A stretch of 64,000 nt of DNA from Squalus acanthias (Eukaryota), in contig CM059432.1 in assembly GCA_030390025.1 (NCBI GenBank), positions 149,050,001 to 149,114,000 on the forward strand, written 5' to 3'. Positions 12,479 to 23,116 of this stretch are shown one piece after another. Position numbers and translations under genes: made by a program. The notes under the pieces were generated by a model. It saw only the letters and a program-made list of their open reading frames with translations, was not told the origin of the DNA and ran no database searches. Position 1 is the stretch's first letter, and the number at the start of each line of letters is the position of its first letter.

Positions 12479-13084
12479 TGGTTGAAGCCTGCACTGGACA
12501 GGGTCCAAATAGTTCCTACCTAAAATAGCAATCGGGGTCCTATTTATCCGTATTTCCATATTAAAAGGAGCTTATCGCCTAAAACAGGCGGGCGCTTTTG
12601 ACACCCGTTGCTTGGCCCCTTTTAAATTGGGGGCGGCCACATCGCTGGTGTTAATGGGGCAGTGAGGACATTACCATGTCGTTAACAGCAGGTGGAAGGA
12701 GCGAAAGTCGACCCCTTTGTGTTTTTCTACACAGCTGGATTTCACAGGCACTGATTTTTAAACTGCATCTTCATCTATCCCTTTTACGGTCTTTTGAATT
12801 TCTATTGCATTTTATCCTTTTTAAAATTAAGTGCTTTGAGCAACTTGCGTTGCGCTGACCATGTACAAAATTGTGCTGTTGCGTGGAGTTTGTGGTACAA
12901 AGTTTGCAGTGATTTTTTTGTTTTTATTTTGCACTTTTTTGCATAGAATTGTGCTCCCGACATTAAGTGAGATTTGTGTGAGGTGTAGTCATTCTATGTA
13001 CCTTTCACCTTCCTGCCAGATATTTAATTATTCCAAGGTCACCAGTGTGAGATATCGTTTCCCAAGAGCGCAGCACAGTTAACC

Positions 13085-13360
13085 TGACATAAAAACAGCA
13101 AATGCTGGAAATACTCAGCAGGTCACGCAGCATCTGTGGAGAGAGAAACCGAGTTAACGTTTCAGGTCAATGACCCTTCGTCAGAACTGGAAAAAGGTGG
13201 AGATGGAACAGGTTTTTAAGCAAGTGCAGGGGCAGGGAGAGGGGGGAGGGGAGGAAAGAACAAAAGGGAAGGTCTGTGATAGGATGGAAAGCAGGAGAGA
13301 TTAAATGACAAAAAGGATGATGGTGCAAGGCAAAAGGAGATGGTAATGGGACAAGTTAAG
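13085..13360 (-). mobile_element. Penelope-like terminal (pLTR) fragment
   Basis: AAATGCTGGAAATACTCAGCAGGTCA..CAGCATCTGTGGAGAGAGAAAC, same family as 34895-35335. Contains a hammerhead motif. Confidence 0.75.
13152..13188 (-). ncRNA. Minimal type I hammerhead ribozyme motif
   Basis: Minus strand AGTT-CTGACGA-A-GGGTC ATT GACCT-GAA-ACGT-T-AACT: stem I AGTT/AACT, stem II, palindromic ACGT helix III. Confidence 0.7.
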
Positions 13361-13921
13361 CAGACTGCAGGCTTTTGCCATGCAACTTAGTAACTGACCA
13401 CTAGGTGGTGTAAAAGAGTGTCACTGGTTAATTCTCGGTCACGGTGAAGCTTTATCGCCGTAAAATTTGGATCCGCAGCGCCCGTTTTTTTGGCACTACG
13501 AGTACCCTTAGAGCTCCAAAATGGTGTCCGCAGCGCGTGCACGCGCATACTTGTGGGGCATATCACGCCGGATGTCATATTGCTGAAGGTGATAGCGTTT
13601 GCGCGGTGAACACCTACCGGAAGTATGCAGCATGTGCAACGCTGATTTGACACCAGCGCTGCCATTTTGGAGCTCAACGCTCCAGCTCTTAAGCTCACTC
13701 AGCTGATCACGCCTTCAGCAGCAGGAAGGACCACCCCCCACCCCCGCCAGCGCCATTTAAAGGGATCATCAACTACTTACAGGTTCGTTGCTGGTTGATT
13801 TCTTCTGGCTGTTGCTATGCTTGTACAAGTATTTGATACTTTCTACAGCGGGTGCTGTGGCAGGTGCTGAAGGACTTTTTCCCCACTTCAGGGCTTCTGC
13901 AAAAACCACTTGCTGCCAGAC

Positions 13922-14734
13922 ATGGGTGCACGAGTAGGAATATCCCTTGGAACACAGCGTGACTTGGCGAATGGGCAGAGGGCACACAGAGCAGGACAAG
14001 CTGCTGGAAGAGGGTGGAGGAGGAGGAGGAGAAGGGCTGTCAGCAGGAGGCCATATCCGCCCAGGGTGTTCAGGGAGCAATTCACCTATCTGAACCTCAG
14101 CGAGGAACAATGTGTGTGACGTCTGCGCTTCAGTAAGGACGTCCTCACTGAAATCTGCCACCTGATGCAGCCACAACTGCAACCTCAGAGCAGGGCGAGG
14201 ACCGCACTGCCAGTGGCTGTGAAGGTGACCGTGGCGATGAACTTTTATGCGTCGGGCTCCTTCCAGGCTGGAACAGGAGATATTTGCAACATCTCGCAGC
14301 AGTCCGCTGTGCCATCTGCGTTTGATCCACCACGGCAAACCAAAGGGTGGCTACTGGGCGACAAGGGCTATCCACTGACGACATGGCTCATGACTCCGGT
14401 GCACACCCCACGCGCACGTGCGCAGCACGCATACAATGAAAGCCATGCTGCCACACAAAATGTGATAGAGCAGACCATTGGTGTGCTGAAACAATGTTTC
14501 TGCTGCTTAGACCGCTCTGGAGGAGCCCTGCAGTTCTTGGTAGAGTGGGAGTCAAGATTCGTGGTGGTCTGCTGCATGCTGCACAACCTCGCCATCATTA
14601 GGGCACAGCCCTTGCCACCAGCTATACGGCGAGCAGCTGAGGAGGAGGACGAAGAGGAAGGGAGGAGGCAACATAGACAGCCCCTTTCTGCCTGGGTTGT
14701 CCGTGAAGAATTCATCCGAGTGCAACACCAGTAA
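13922..14734 (+). pseudogene. HARBI1-like Harbinger DDE transposase with a premature stop and an internal deletion
   Basis: RRPYPPRVFR..YLNLSEEQCV*RLRFSK, ALPVAVKVTVAMNFYASGSFQ, WLLGDKGYPL, YNESHAATQNVIEQTIGVLKQ, CCMLHN. The GAIDxTH region is absent. Confidence 0.88.
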
Positions 14735-14903
14735 CCACAACCCCAATTCCCCATTCACCAGCAGTTTAACATCTTACCTTCCCTCTGTCACTGACCATCA
14801 CAGCGCCTGCTTGGCTGCAATGCAAAAATAAAAGCCTCCATAAAATAAACATTCCAAACAAAATATATAAATTAAATCATGCCATATGGCATATAAACCT
14901 AAA

Positions 14904-16872
14904 CTAATCACCCTTGCGTATTCCCTTAGTACCTGATTTCCTTGTGCCTTTGCCTGTCCTCGTGCTCCTACGCAGTGCTACCCCAGTGGCTGCGGAATGG
15001 CTGGTGAAAGGCTGCTGACTTTCAGTGGAGGAGACTGCAGCTGGCCTTGCAGGATGACCTCGAGCAGCTCTGCACTTAGAAGTTCCGGCTGTGGATTGCA
15101 CCGTCTCAGCATGGCCGGCAGTAGTCTGGGCTGGCTGACAGGTAACAGCAAGGGCACTGGTGGAGTGGCAGTGGTGGGAGCAGGAATGCTGTCAGCTTGA
15201 GAGAGGACAGCAGGTTCGTGCTCCATGGAGCCACTGCCACTCCCCTGGGTCGGCGCCTCAGCAATCCTTGTAATCTGTTGGAGGACAGATTGTGGGACTG
15301 CTGTGACACCCTGCAAGACCCTTTGAACACGAATTGAGAGACATGATGACAGCAGTCTGAGCTTCCAGTGCTGCACTCAGATGTTGGGTTATTGCTGCCT
15401 GTGCTGGAATGGAAGTTATGACATCGGCCATCAGACGCTGCATCATGGGTGGGTTCCACAAGTGTGCTAATGGAGTTGGCCACCACTTCCACACTGGAAA
15501 GGATGGGCTCCAAGCTCTGCGCAAAGCCCTGTGCCAAGTTGGTGCTGGACTCCTTCATGCTCCTTGACATTGTACATCGGCTTTCTGGCAGACTTCCCAT
15601 TGCACCAAGCATTTCCTTGTGCATAATTCATCAGCGTTCCTCTGTAGCCTGCCCCATCGAAGTGCTTATCTGAGTCCTCTGCAGCAGAACTCGTGTGCAA
15701 CCTTGCCCTTTGGCGAGCTGGCACCTGCGCTATCCTTGCCCCCTGCCCTGGGTGCAGGCTACTCGTGCCCGGTGTCTCACCACATGCAGATCCCGACTAC
15801 ATTCCTACATTACAACAGTGACTCCACTTCAAAAGTACTTCATTGGCTGTAAAGCGCATTGAGACGTCCGGTGGTCGTGAAAGGCGCTATATAAATGCAA
15901 GTCTTTCTTTCTCTCTCTATGCTCTCCTCTAAATGACACGCAGTGTCAGTATCTGAGCTGGTGGCTACAAGTGTTGAATCGAGTGGCAGTGTGTCTTCAT
16001 CATCAGTGTCTTGTTGCTCTTCCACCACTGCCTGGCCAGGTCGCAGTTCTTGGGTATCTGACAGGAGAAAGGCACAAGGGTTGGGTTGTGGTGAAGGGAG
16101 GGGGGAAAGCGAGAGGTGCATGCTTACACCATCTGCAGCTTGTAAATCAGAAGAGATTGTGGGATGAGGGGGAAGTGGGATGTATGAAGGAGGATTGGGT
16201 ATGAGGATACCATCATCTTCGATGGCTTCAGCCCCACCGCTGGCCACGACCTCAGCAATAATGGCCAGCACTGTCTCCTCCATGGGGGTCAGGACATGCA
16301 GGCACGCCTGTCCCCCAACGGTTAGCTCCTGCTGCCTCCGGTTGTCTGCCACCTTGTCCTGCAGGAGAGAGGGAAGTGTGTTGGTGAGTGTGGTGCAATC
16401 TGTTTGGGTAATGTGCCTGTCATGGTTGAATAGCTGGCAGTGTGTGCAAGCTGTGAGATGTGGGTGTGAGGCTTGCAGCAGTGCTAAGTGTGTGAGGGTG
16501 AGGTGAAGCTACGAATGATAGGTATGAGTCCTGATTAATAGAGATTGTTGGTAGATGAGTGATCGGGGTGTGGTGCATTGAGCAGTGGCTGAGGCTAGTG
16601 GTGCAGTTGGTAGGATATGGCATTTGAAGATGCATTCACTGACCTTGACCACTCGTGTGAGGTCATTGAACTTCTTCTGTCACTGCATCCAGGTCCTCGG
16701 GGCTTGACTCCTGGCATTCACCGCCATGGCTATCTGTTCCCATTGTCTTCTGAGTGGGTGTCTGGAGGGCTTCCTGCCCCCTGTGGATAGAGCACATCTC
16801 TCCTCCTCTCCACCTCCTCCACCAAAGCCTCCAATGCAGCGTCAGAAAACCTTGGAGCCCGCTCTCTCCCAT
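14904..16872 (-). pseudogene. Harbinger Myb/SANT-like DNA-binding gene, 3 exons, degraded
   Basis: Exon 1 encodes a FSDAALEALVEEVERRRDVL..RTWMQ.QKKFNDLTRVVK-type domain. GT-AG introns at ~16643-16359 and ~16210-16058. Confidence 0.75.
15795..15917 (+). mobile_element. SINE/L2 3' tail inserted in the Harbinger
   Basis: CTACATTACAACAGTGAC...AAAGGCGCTATATAAATGCAAGTCTTTCTTTC. Confidence 0.75.
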
Positions 16873-17384
16873 GTTGTGCCAGTCTTCACTGTTTCCCAGG
16901 TCATATTCAGTTGCAGAAAGACTTCCAGCAGCTGCTCCAGCTTTGGTGGAGGAGGTGGAGAGGAGGAGAGATGTGCTCTATCCACAAGGGGGGCAGGAAG
17001 CCCTCCAGACACCTCCCCTTTAAGAGGTACTGGCTGGCTTTACGCAGTGCAGGCTAGCTTTAACTGGTGCTGGCCTCTCACGATTTGGGGCCCCCTGCTG
17101 ATGTGTGCAGGCAATCAACAGCGCGGTGAGCGCTGGCTGCACGCTGAAATCATTGAAATGAGCAGGCAGCACGAAGTTGGGGTGGACCTGCATTACATTG
17201 AACAGGCGCGGGTTAATCATGCATCACGATCCCTGTGCCCGTTTCGGGGGTGATCCAATTTATACCCCCACAGTCTTTGGAGGCCACTTAGGTGAGTAGT
17301 ATTTGGCCTCAAGGGCCACATGTCAAGTTTAAATTCATGTTCTTATTATGCTTCTATCTGAAGCTCTTTTACTCAGAGATCTAA

Positions 17385-17960
17385 GGGGGAAAGATTGGGT
17401 TGCTTTGCGCCTCCCGTTAGTGCCCCAAGCAGGGCGCAAAGCACCTCGCCCCCGGGCACGGCGCCGCTAACGCCTCCCGCGAAATTCTGCGGGAGGTTAG
17501 CGGCGGCAGTAGCCGGTAACGTCCCGCTCGCGCCTCGGCCGCACACTTCACTCGCGCCCCCTGACCTGCCGCCAGACGCTCTGTCCGACAGGGTCAGGGT
17601 GCCGTGTTTGCAGCCGGGGCAGCGCAAATTAAAGGGCAGGTGCCGGGCGGCCATTTTTTTTTGGACTGCCTGCCAGCACCTGCCCCCTTTCCCCTCCTCC
17701 TGCGGAGGGGCCGGCCGCGATCGCTCATCCCGGCACTCCTCTTGAGTGCCGGGCTCTTTTGCCGGCACCCCGCTCCCCGGTGGTCCAGCAGGGCCTTTAA
17801 TGAGGGGAGGGAGGCCTGTAGTACCGCGGCGCTAGATATTCAATGGGTGCGCCCCAAGAGGGAGGGGGAGCGCTTCCAGTAGCGCCCCGCCTCCTGCTTG
17901 GGGCGCCACCACTCAATTTCGGGTGCGGGGGAGCGAACTTTTTCAGGGGCGCTAAAAGTA
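17385..17960. mobile_element. GC/CpG-rich non-autonomous DNA transposon (Harbinger-like)
   Basis: Starts GGGGGAAAGATTGG (like the Harbinger TIRs), recurrent GCGCCCC/GGGGCGC subterminal motifs, no coding signal. Confidence 0.45.
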
Positions 17961-19134
17961 GGGGAGTCTGTCGACTGCGTTGAGAAGTCGATGGTTTGAT
18001 CGTTCTTTGGGTTTTGTGGGATCGGAGGAGAAGGGGGGAGGGTGCGGGTGTAAAACAGGGCAAATTAATTCTCTTTTTGTGCTGAAGTCTGTACCTCTCA
18101 TTGTGCTGAAGAAGGCCGCATTCAGTGTTGTTTAAAGAGAACCCTGCAGACACCATAGCTGAAAGGGAACACTGTTCATTGTTTCTGACGTTGGGCCAAG
18201 ATGGCCTATGTAATGCTTTCAAGGACTCTCCCCGACCACTTTACCCACACATCTCATTCTAAAGGAATAGAGACGATTCAAAGCTCCTTATTTTAAATGC
18301 TTGTTTAAATGTTCATGAAGCAGGAAGAAAAAGATAGAGGACAGGAACGATCAAATCCAGCACTTTGTCGTTTGTGAAACCATTATACTGTCGGCAAAAT
18401 TTCATTGATATGCTGAGGTCACTTTAGTCACTGGCTTTGGAGGGTCTGACAACTGAGGGCTTTTTACTGTTCCATGGTGAGGAGCGAGGACTCATAGCTG
18501 ATAACTTTTAAAGAATTTGAATTCGTACGTCAGACTTCAGAGATCGAAACACTGAACATCCGTAGGTGATTCCTAATCCAAACCTCAAGCCTACTCTTAC
18601 AGTCACTCAGAAGTAATCACTTGCGATATTCTGCATCTTCTCATTTGTTACACATTCAGTATTACAATCTCAGGCAGGACAGTTTAGGCAGAAAATTTAA
18701 CCTTTACCTACAAATCTCAAGGGTTAGCTACCAAGACCTCGGCTTGCGATTAATATAAACAGGGTTATTTACGTGGAGATAATTCTATCTTTACTTTCTG
18801 GCTGTCTTACAATTGTCACTTGAAGCGTCCTGGGGGAATTGCTGTTTACGCTGGTGAAATGCTTTCAGCGGCTGCACGCACAAGCGTGCTTTAGAGAGGG
18901 TGGCAAGAGGAGCGGCGATATCCACACTGGATGAGCGGACATCAACTCGCTGTTGCACCCCGATTGGCATCACGCTCCGACTAATTACAATACTTCCGGC
19001 GCGCGCAGGCAATGGCAGCGCTGCCGACCTGCCAAAAATGGCGGCCGCCACGGGACCCGCCGGCAGCGGGCGGAAGGCATTTTCTCCCCCAAAACGGGCC
19101 TTAATGGCCAGCGCAAACACTTCGAATGTCATGG

Positions 19135-19460
19135 CCAGAGTGTTTCCACTTGTGGGGAAGAGCAAAACTAGAGGCCATCAATAGAAGATAGTCACCAAAA
19201 AATCCAATCGGGGAATTCAGAAGAACCTTCTTTACCCAGAGAGCGGTGAGAATGTGGCACTCGCTACCACAGGGAGTGGTTGAGGCGATTAGCGTAGATG
19301 CATTTAAGGAGAAGCTGGATAAACACATGAGGGAGAAAGGAATCGAGGGTTATGTTGATGGGGTTAGAGGAAGAAGGAGGGGAGGAGGCTCGAGTGGAGC
19401 ACGAACGGCGGCATGGACTGGTTAGGCCGAATGACCTATTTCTGTGCCGTATGTTCTATG
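19135..19460 (+). mobile_element. CR1 3' tail
   Basis: FPLVGKSKTRGHQ, ends in (TGTTCTATG)-type tail. Confidence 0.8.
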
Positions 19461-20090
19461 TAAAAGAACCTGGTGTACAACAAATGTATACCTAGTGTAG
19501 GATAATGTGTATTATAAAAGGAAAAATAACTTAACGACACAGAAGTCAGTATGAATATCTTTGTACAATGAGAATGTATTCTGTGTGATAGAGGCGAGCA
19601 CATAGTTTAGATTGGGTCATTAGGATTCCGCAGGGGAATGCTGAGTAAGCAGGAGGTGCGAGGTTAATGCAACTTAAAAGGCATCAATGGATTTGTGAAA
19701 AGAATTATGGCGAATTGGAAACATATCTCGGTTTCAGTTATTATTCTGGCAGAGTGTGATATTTATAGCCATGCAATATTGTGTTATCTTCTATGGATAA
19801 GAAATAAAATGCCACCCACTTGCCAGTGAGAATGGAATGTATGTGGTGCGACATTGTCCATCCAGGTGTGTAAGTAGGCTCACTTTTGGTAATCCTTTCG
19901 TATTCCGTGCTGAGAACTCACCTGGATTGATTAGTAGTTTGCAGACCCCGATGGTGAGCCTACTTGTAAATATACAGACATATAACTTGCTTGGACTTTC
20001 TGTCGATAACTTTCTGGTGTTCGATTCCATATAATTTGGATGTATCTACTCAGTTGATCTAACACCTAGTTAAACGCAAGAAAACAAAAT

Positions 20091-20736
20091 GGGCTGGATT
20101 TTGATACTGGGGCGGGTTGGGGTCGTGTTATCCACCCGACTGCAATTGGATGTGGGAGATTGATGCGATTTTCACCTAATTGGGCAATTGAGTGCCAGCA
20201 TGTGGGAACCCATGACCCAATTAGTGTTTTCAGTCTGAAAGTCGCCTCTGATGATGTCATCATTGCTGCTGCATTGAAGGTCTGCAAAGACTGCCTGGCC
20301 TTTGCTGTGAGAGGACCTGCAAAATGAGCAGCAGCAGCAGCCCTAAGTCTGCTCCCAGATATTTTTGCACCACCACTCCCAGATATGTCTCCCATCCACC
20401 ACCACTCCCAGATATGTCAGCCAGCCAGCCAGCTATCCAAATGTGCTCCCGCCAGGTTTCACATTCGTGGTTCAGAACAGGCGTGCTTCACGTAGAAAAA
20501 GGGTTAAAATCACAAAGGCCTTTCAAAATGGCATTATAGAGGCAATTTAGTGCTTGTTAAGTGCCTTAACGGCCTATCCTGCCTCTTGGAGGCGGGACGA
20601 GTCGGGACCAGTAGACACGATTTAATGAAAATTGCATGGAGGCGGATGGAGGCGGACTTGTGCCCGCCAGTTTTCGCAATTTTAACCCCCCACACGCCTC
20701 CAAACCCGCCTCCACGGGTCAATGAAAATCCAGCCC
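20091..20736. mobile_element. Harbinger/Tourist-type MITE, complete
   Basis: Perfect 12-bp TIR GGGCTGGATTTT / AAAATCCAGCCC and 3-bp TSD AAT on both sides. Confidence 0.85.
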
Positions 20737-21279
20737 AATGAGTCGGTTGTATAAGCAAATAAAAAATTGGTAAAGTATCTGTTTTAGCCAAGCTATGAAT
20801 GATGTGGCTGGCACTCTAATTCGTGTCATCTCTGAGCTTCCATTTCACTAAAGTAACGAGCCTTAAATCTTGGCGCTTATCCTCATAACTAATAGCCCTT
20901 AGGCTAGGTATCTTTCCAGTGTCCATTCTCTGCATCTTCTCAAGAACGTGATAGAATTTGCTGTGTGTGGGAGCCAAAACTTGACACAGTATTCCAGTGT
21001 GGCAATACATCTACGCACAGACAAAGCATCCACGCTAAGTCGTGTCAACAAAGTGGGGGGGGGGGGGGGCGTTGTTGGCGGGGGGAGGACTTGATCTTGT
21101 TGCTTTTGCCAGACATTCCCCAGCAATGGCACAGCTGTCACAAGGCCAGTTTGCTCTTTCTGCACAGCATCTGGTAGAATGAGTAAAACGAGCCTAGTAG
21201 ACATCCTGATCAGGAAAAATGTACTGATATATATAGATTTGAGCCTCACCAGCTTGTATATACTAGCCACTTTGCATAA

Positions 21280-21645
21280 TAAGGGGTTTGACAGGGTGGA
21301 TGCTGAGAGGATGTTTCCTCTTGTGGGGGAATCTATAACTAGGGGGCATAATTTCAGAATAAGGGGTCGCCCATTTAAGACGGCGATGAGCAGGAATTTC
21401 TTCTCTCAGAGGGTCGTGAATCTTTGGAATTCTCTTCCCCAGAGAGCTGTGGAGGCGGAGTCAGTGAATATATTCAAGGTGGAGATAGACAGATTTTTGA
21501 ACGATAAGGGAGTCAAGGGTTATGGGGAGCGGGCAGGGAAGTGGTGTTGAGGCCAAGATCAGATCAGCCATGATCTTATTGAATGGCAGAGCAGGCTCGA
21601 GGGGCCGAATGACTGACTCCTGCTCCTATTTCGTATGTTCGTATG
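21280..21645 (+). mobile_element. CR1 3' tail
   Basis: KGFDRVDAERMFPLVGESITRGHNFRIRGRPFKTAMSRNFFSQRVVNLWNSLP. Confidence 0.88.
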
Positions 21646-22704
21646 TAAATGTTATTTTAGGACACAGGACCATGCAGATGAAGCCTGTTCCCTCTGATCC
21701 TTTTGGGAGGGAACAATTCTGCGTGCATTTCCTTCTTTTCAAGGATTCTGCAGCAGGTTTGAGTAAATCAATCACGTTTATTCTGGTAACCAACACACCA
21801 ATGGCTTTTGAAAATATGATTCGTTGACCTCCTGCAGTTAATAATAACCTCTAGCCCTTCCTCACTGGTGCTATCCTTTGTCTCGGCGAAACAAACAGAT
21901 GGCATTTGGCTCACTGTATCTCTGAGCCTCTAGTCAAGAGGAACAGATTGCTGATGAGGCCTTCTACCCTCAGCATTAGTTCCAAGCATTCAGAATATCC
22001 TCCACTTTGAAAAGCATATAACACAGAGTGGAAGAGATTTGTTCTGTGGTATTATATTAATCACTTTCACATTTGGCAGTAAAAGCCATCACTGTGGAAC
22101 ATCTGCTGGTGTCAAGGTACACGAAGAGTGTTTAGAATATCAGACATCTCATATTTGTTCGTCCAGACCACCATAGTATCTCAACCTGATTCGGCATTAG
22201 CTTCTTCTAAGCCTGTTATCATGTGAGTTACATTTTCGTGGTTTTTTTGCTCAAGAGTATCCTCAATCTCGGTAGGTTTTGATGGCATGCCCAGAATAAT
22301 GAACATAAAACCTTATTTGGAATTCTTTAGCTACTGAAATTTTCCTCATCAAACAGCAGACTATCGTGACTGCACAGCATCATGCTAGACCTTGTTTTAG
22401 GTTTGAACTGCCAAATAAATTTAATGAATAATAGATAGACAAGCAGATATATTTATAATAGATGTTACACTGTGCTAACTCCTCAAAATGAGGAAAATAA
22501 TAAAGGGTTCGCAAACTCTAATACTAAACTATTTTACAATTAACTTTTTATGTACAGTTATTGTTATAGAATCAAAGAATCATAGAAGCACAAAGGAGGC
22601 CATTTGGCCCATCGAGTCTGCAACAGCTCTTTCGAAGAGGCAGGAGCTGGTGAGCGGGCTGCGCGGGACCTCGTGATTGATCCGCGACCGCGCACCTGAG
22701 GCTG

Positions 22705-22776
22705 AACATTGGTGTGCGGCCTCAACAGCTCACCAAAACTTAAGTGGCCCTCCAGCCAAATAATTGCCCACCCCTG
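22705..22776 (-). mobile_element. hAT (Charlie-like) terminal fragment
   Basis: Reverse complement of the 45091-45160 terminus (CAGGGGTGGGCA...GGAGGGCCACTT), flanked by ATCTATAG. Confidence 0.65.
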
Positions 22777-22787
22777 ATCTATAGGAC

Positions 22788-23116
22788 GCACTGCAGCAAC
22801 TCACCAAGGCTTCTTCCACAGCACCTCCCAAACCCGTGACCTCCAGCACCTAGAAGCAGCAGGCGTATGGGAACACCATCACCTTCAGGTTCCCCTCCAA
22901 GTCACAGACCATCCTGACTTGGAAATATGTCACCGTTCCTTCATTGTCGCTGGGTCAAATTCCTGGAACTAACAGCACTGTGGGAGTACCTTCACTACAC
23001 GGGCTGCAGCGGTTCAAGAAGAAGGCTTACCACCACCTTCTCAGGGGCAACTAGGAATGGCCAATAAATGTGGTCTTGCCAGCGACGCCCATATCCCAAG
23101 GATGAATCAAAAAAAT
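22788..23116 (+). mobile_element. Single-ORF LINE family 3' tail
   Basis: Same tail as 9503-9842. Confidence 0.82.

Larger units (their letters stand above)
13457..17268. mobile_element. PIF/Harbinger DNA transposon with convergent transposase and Myb/SANT genes, defective
   Basis: Imperfect TIRs GCCGTAAAATTTGGATC / GATCCAATTTATACCCC (13 of 17 match) enclosing both genes. Confidence 0.85.

Noticed and set aside
13922..14734. Host HARBI1 gene
   Set aside because: Premature stop, catalytic region deleted, and it lies between TIRs opposite a Myb gene, so it is a transposon copy.
17385..17960. Second CpG-island promoter
   Set aside because: Starts with a Harbinger-like terminus, has repetitive GCGCCCC motifs like other GC-rich transposon pieces (11.0, 18.9 and 49.1 kb), and has no linked exon.
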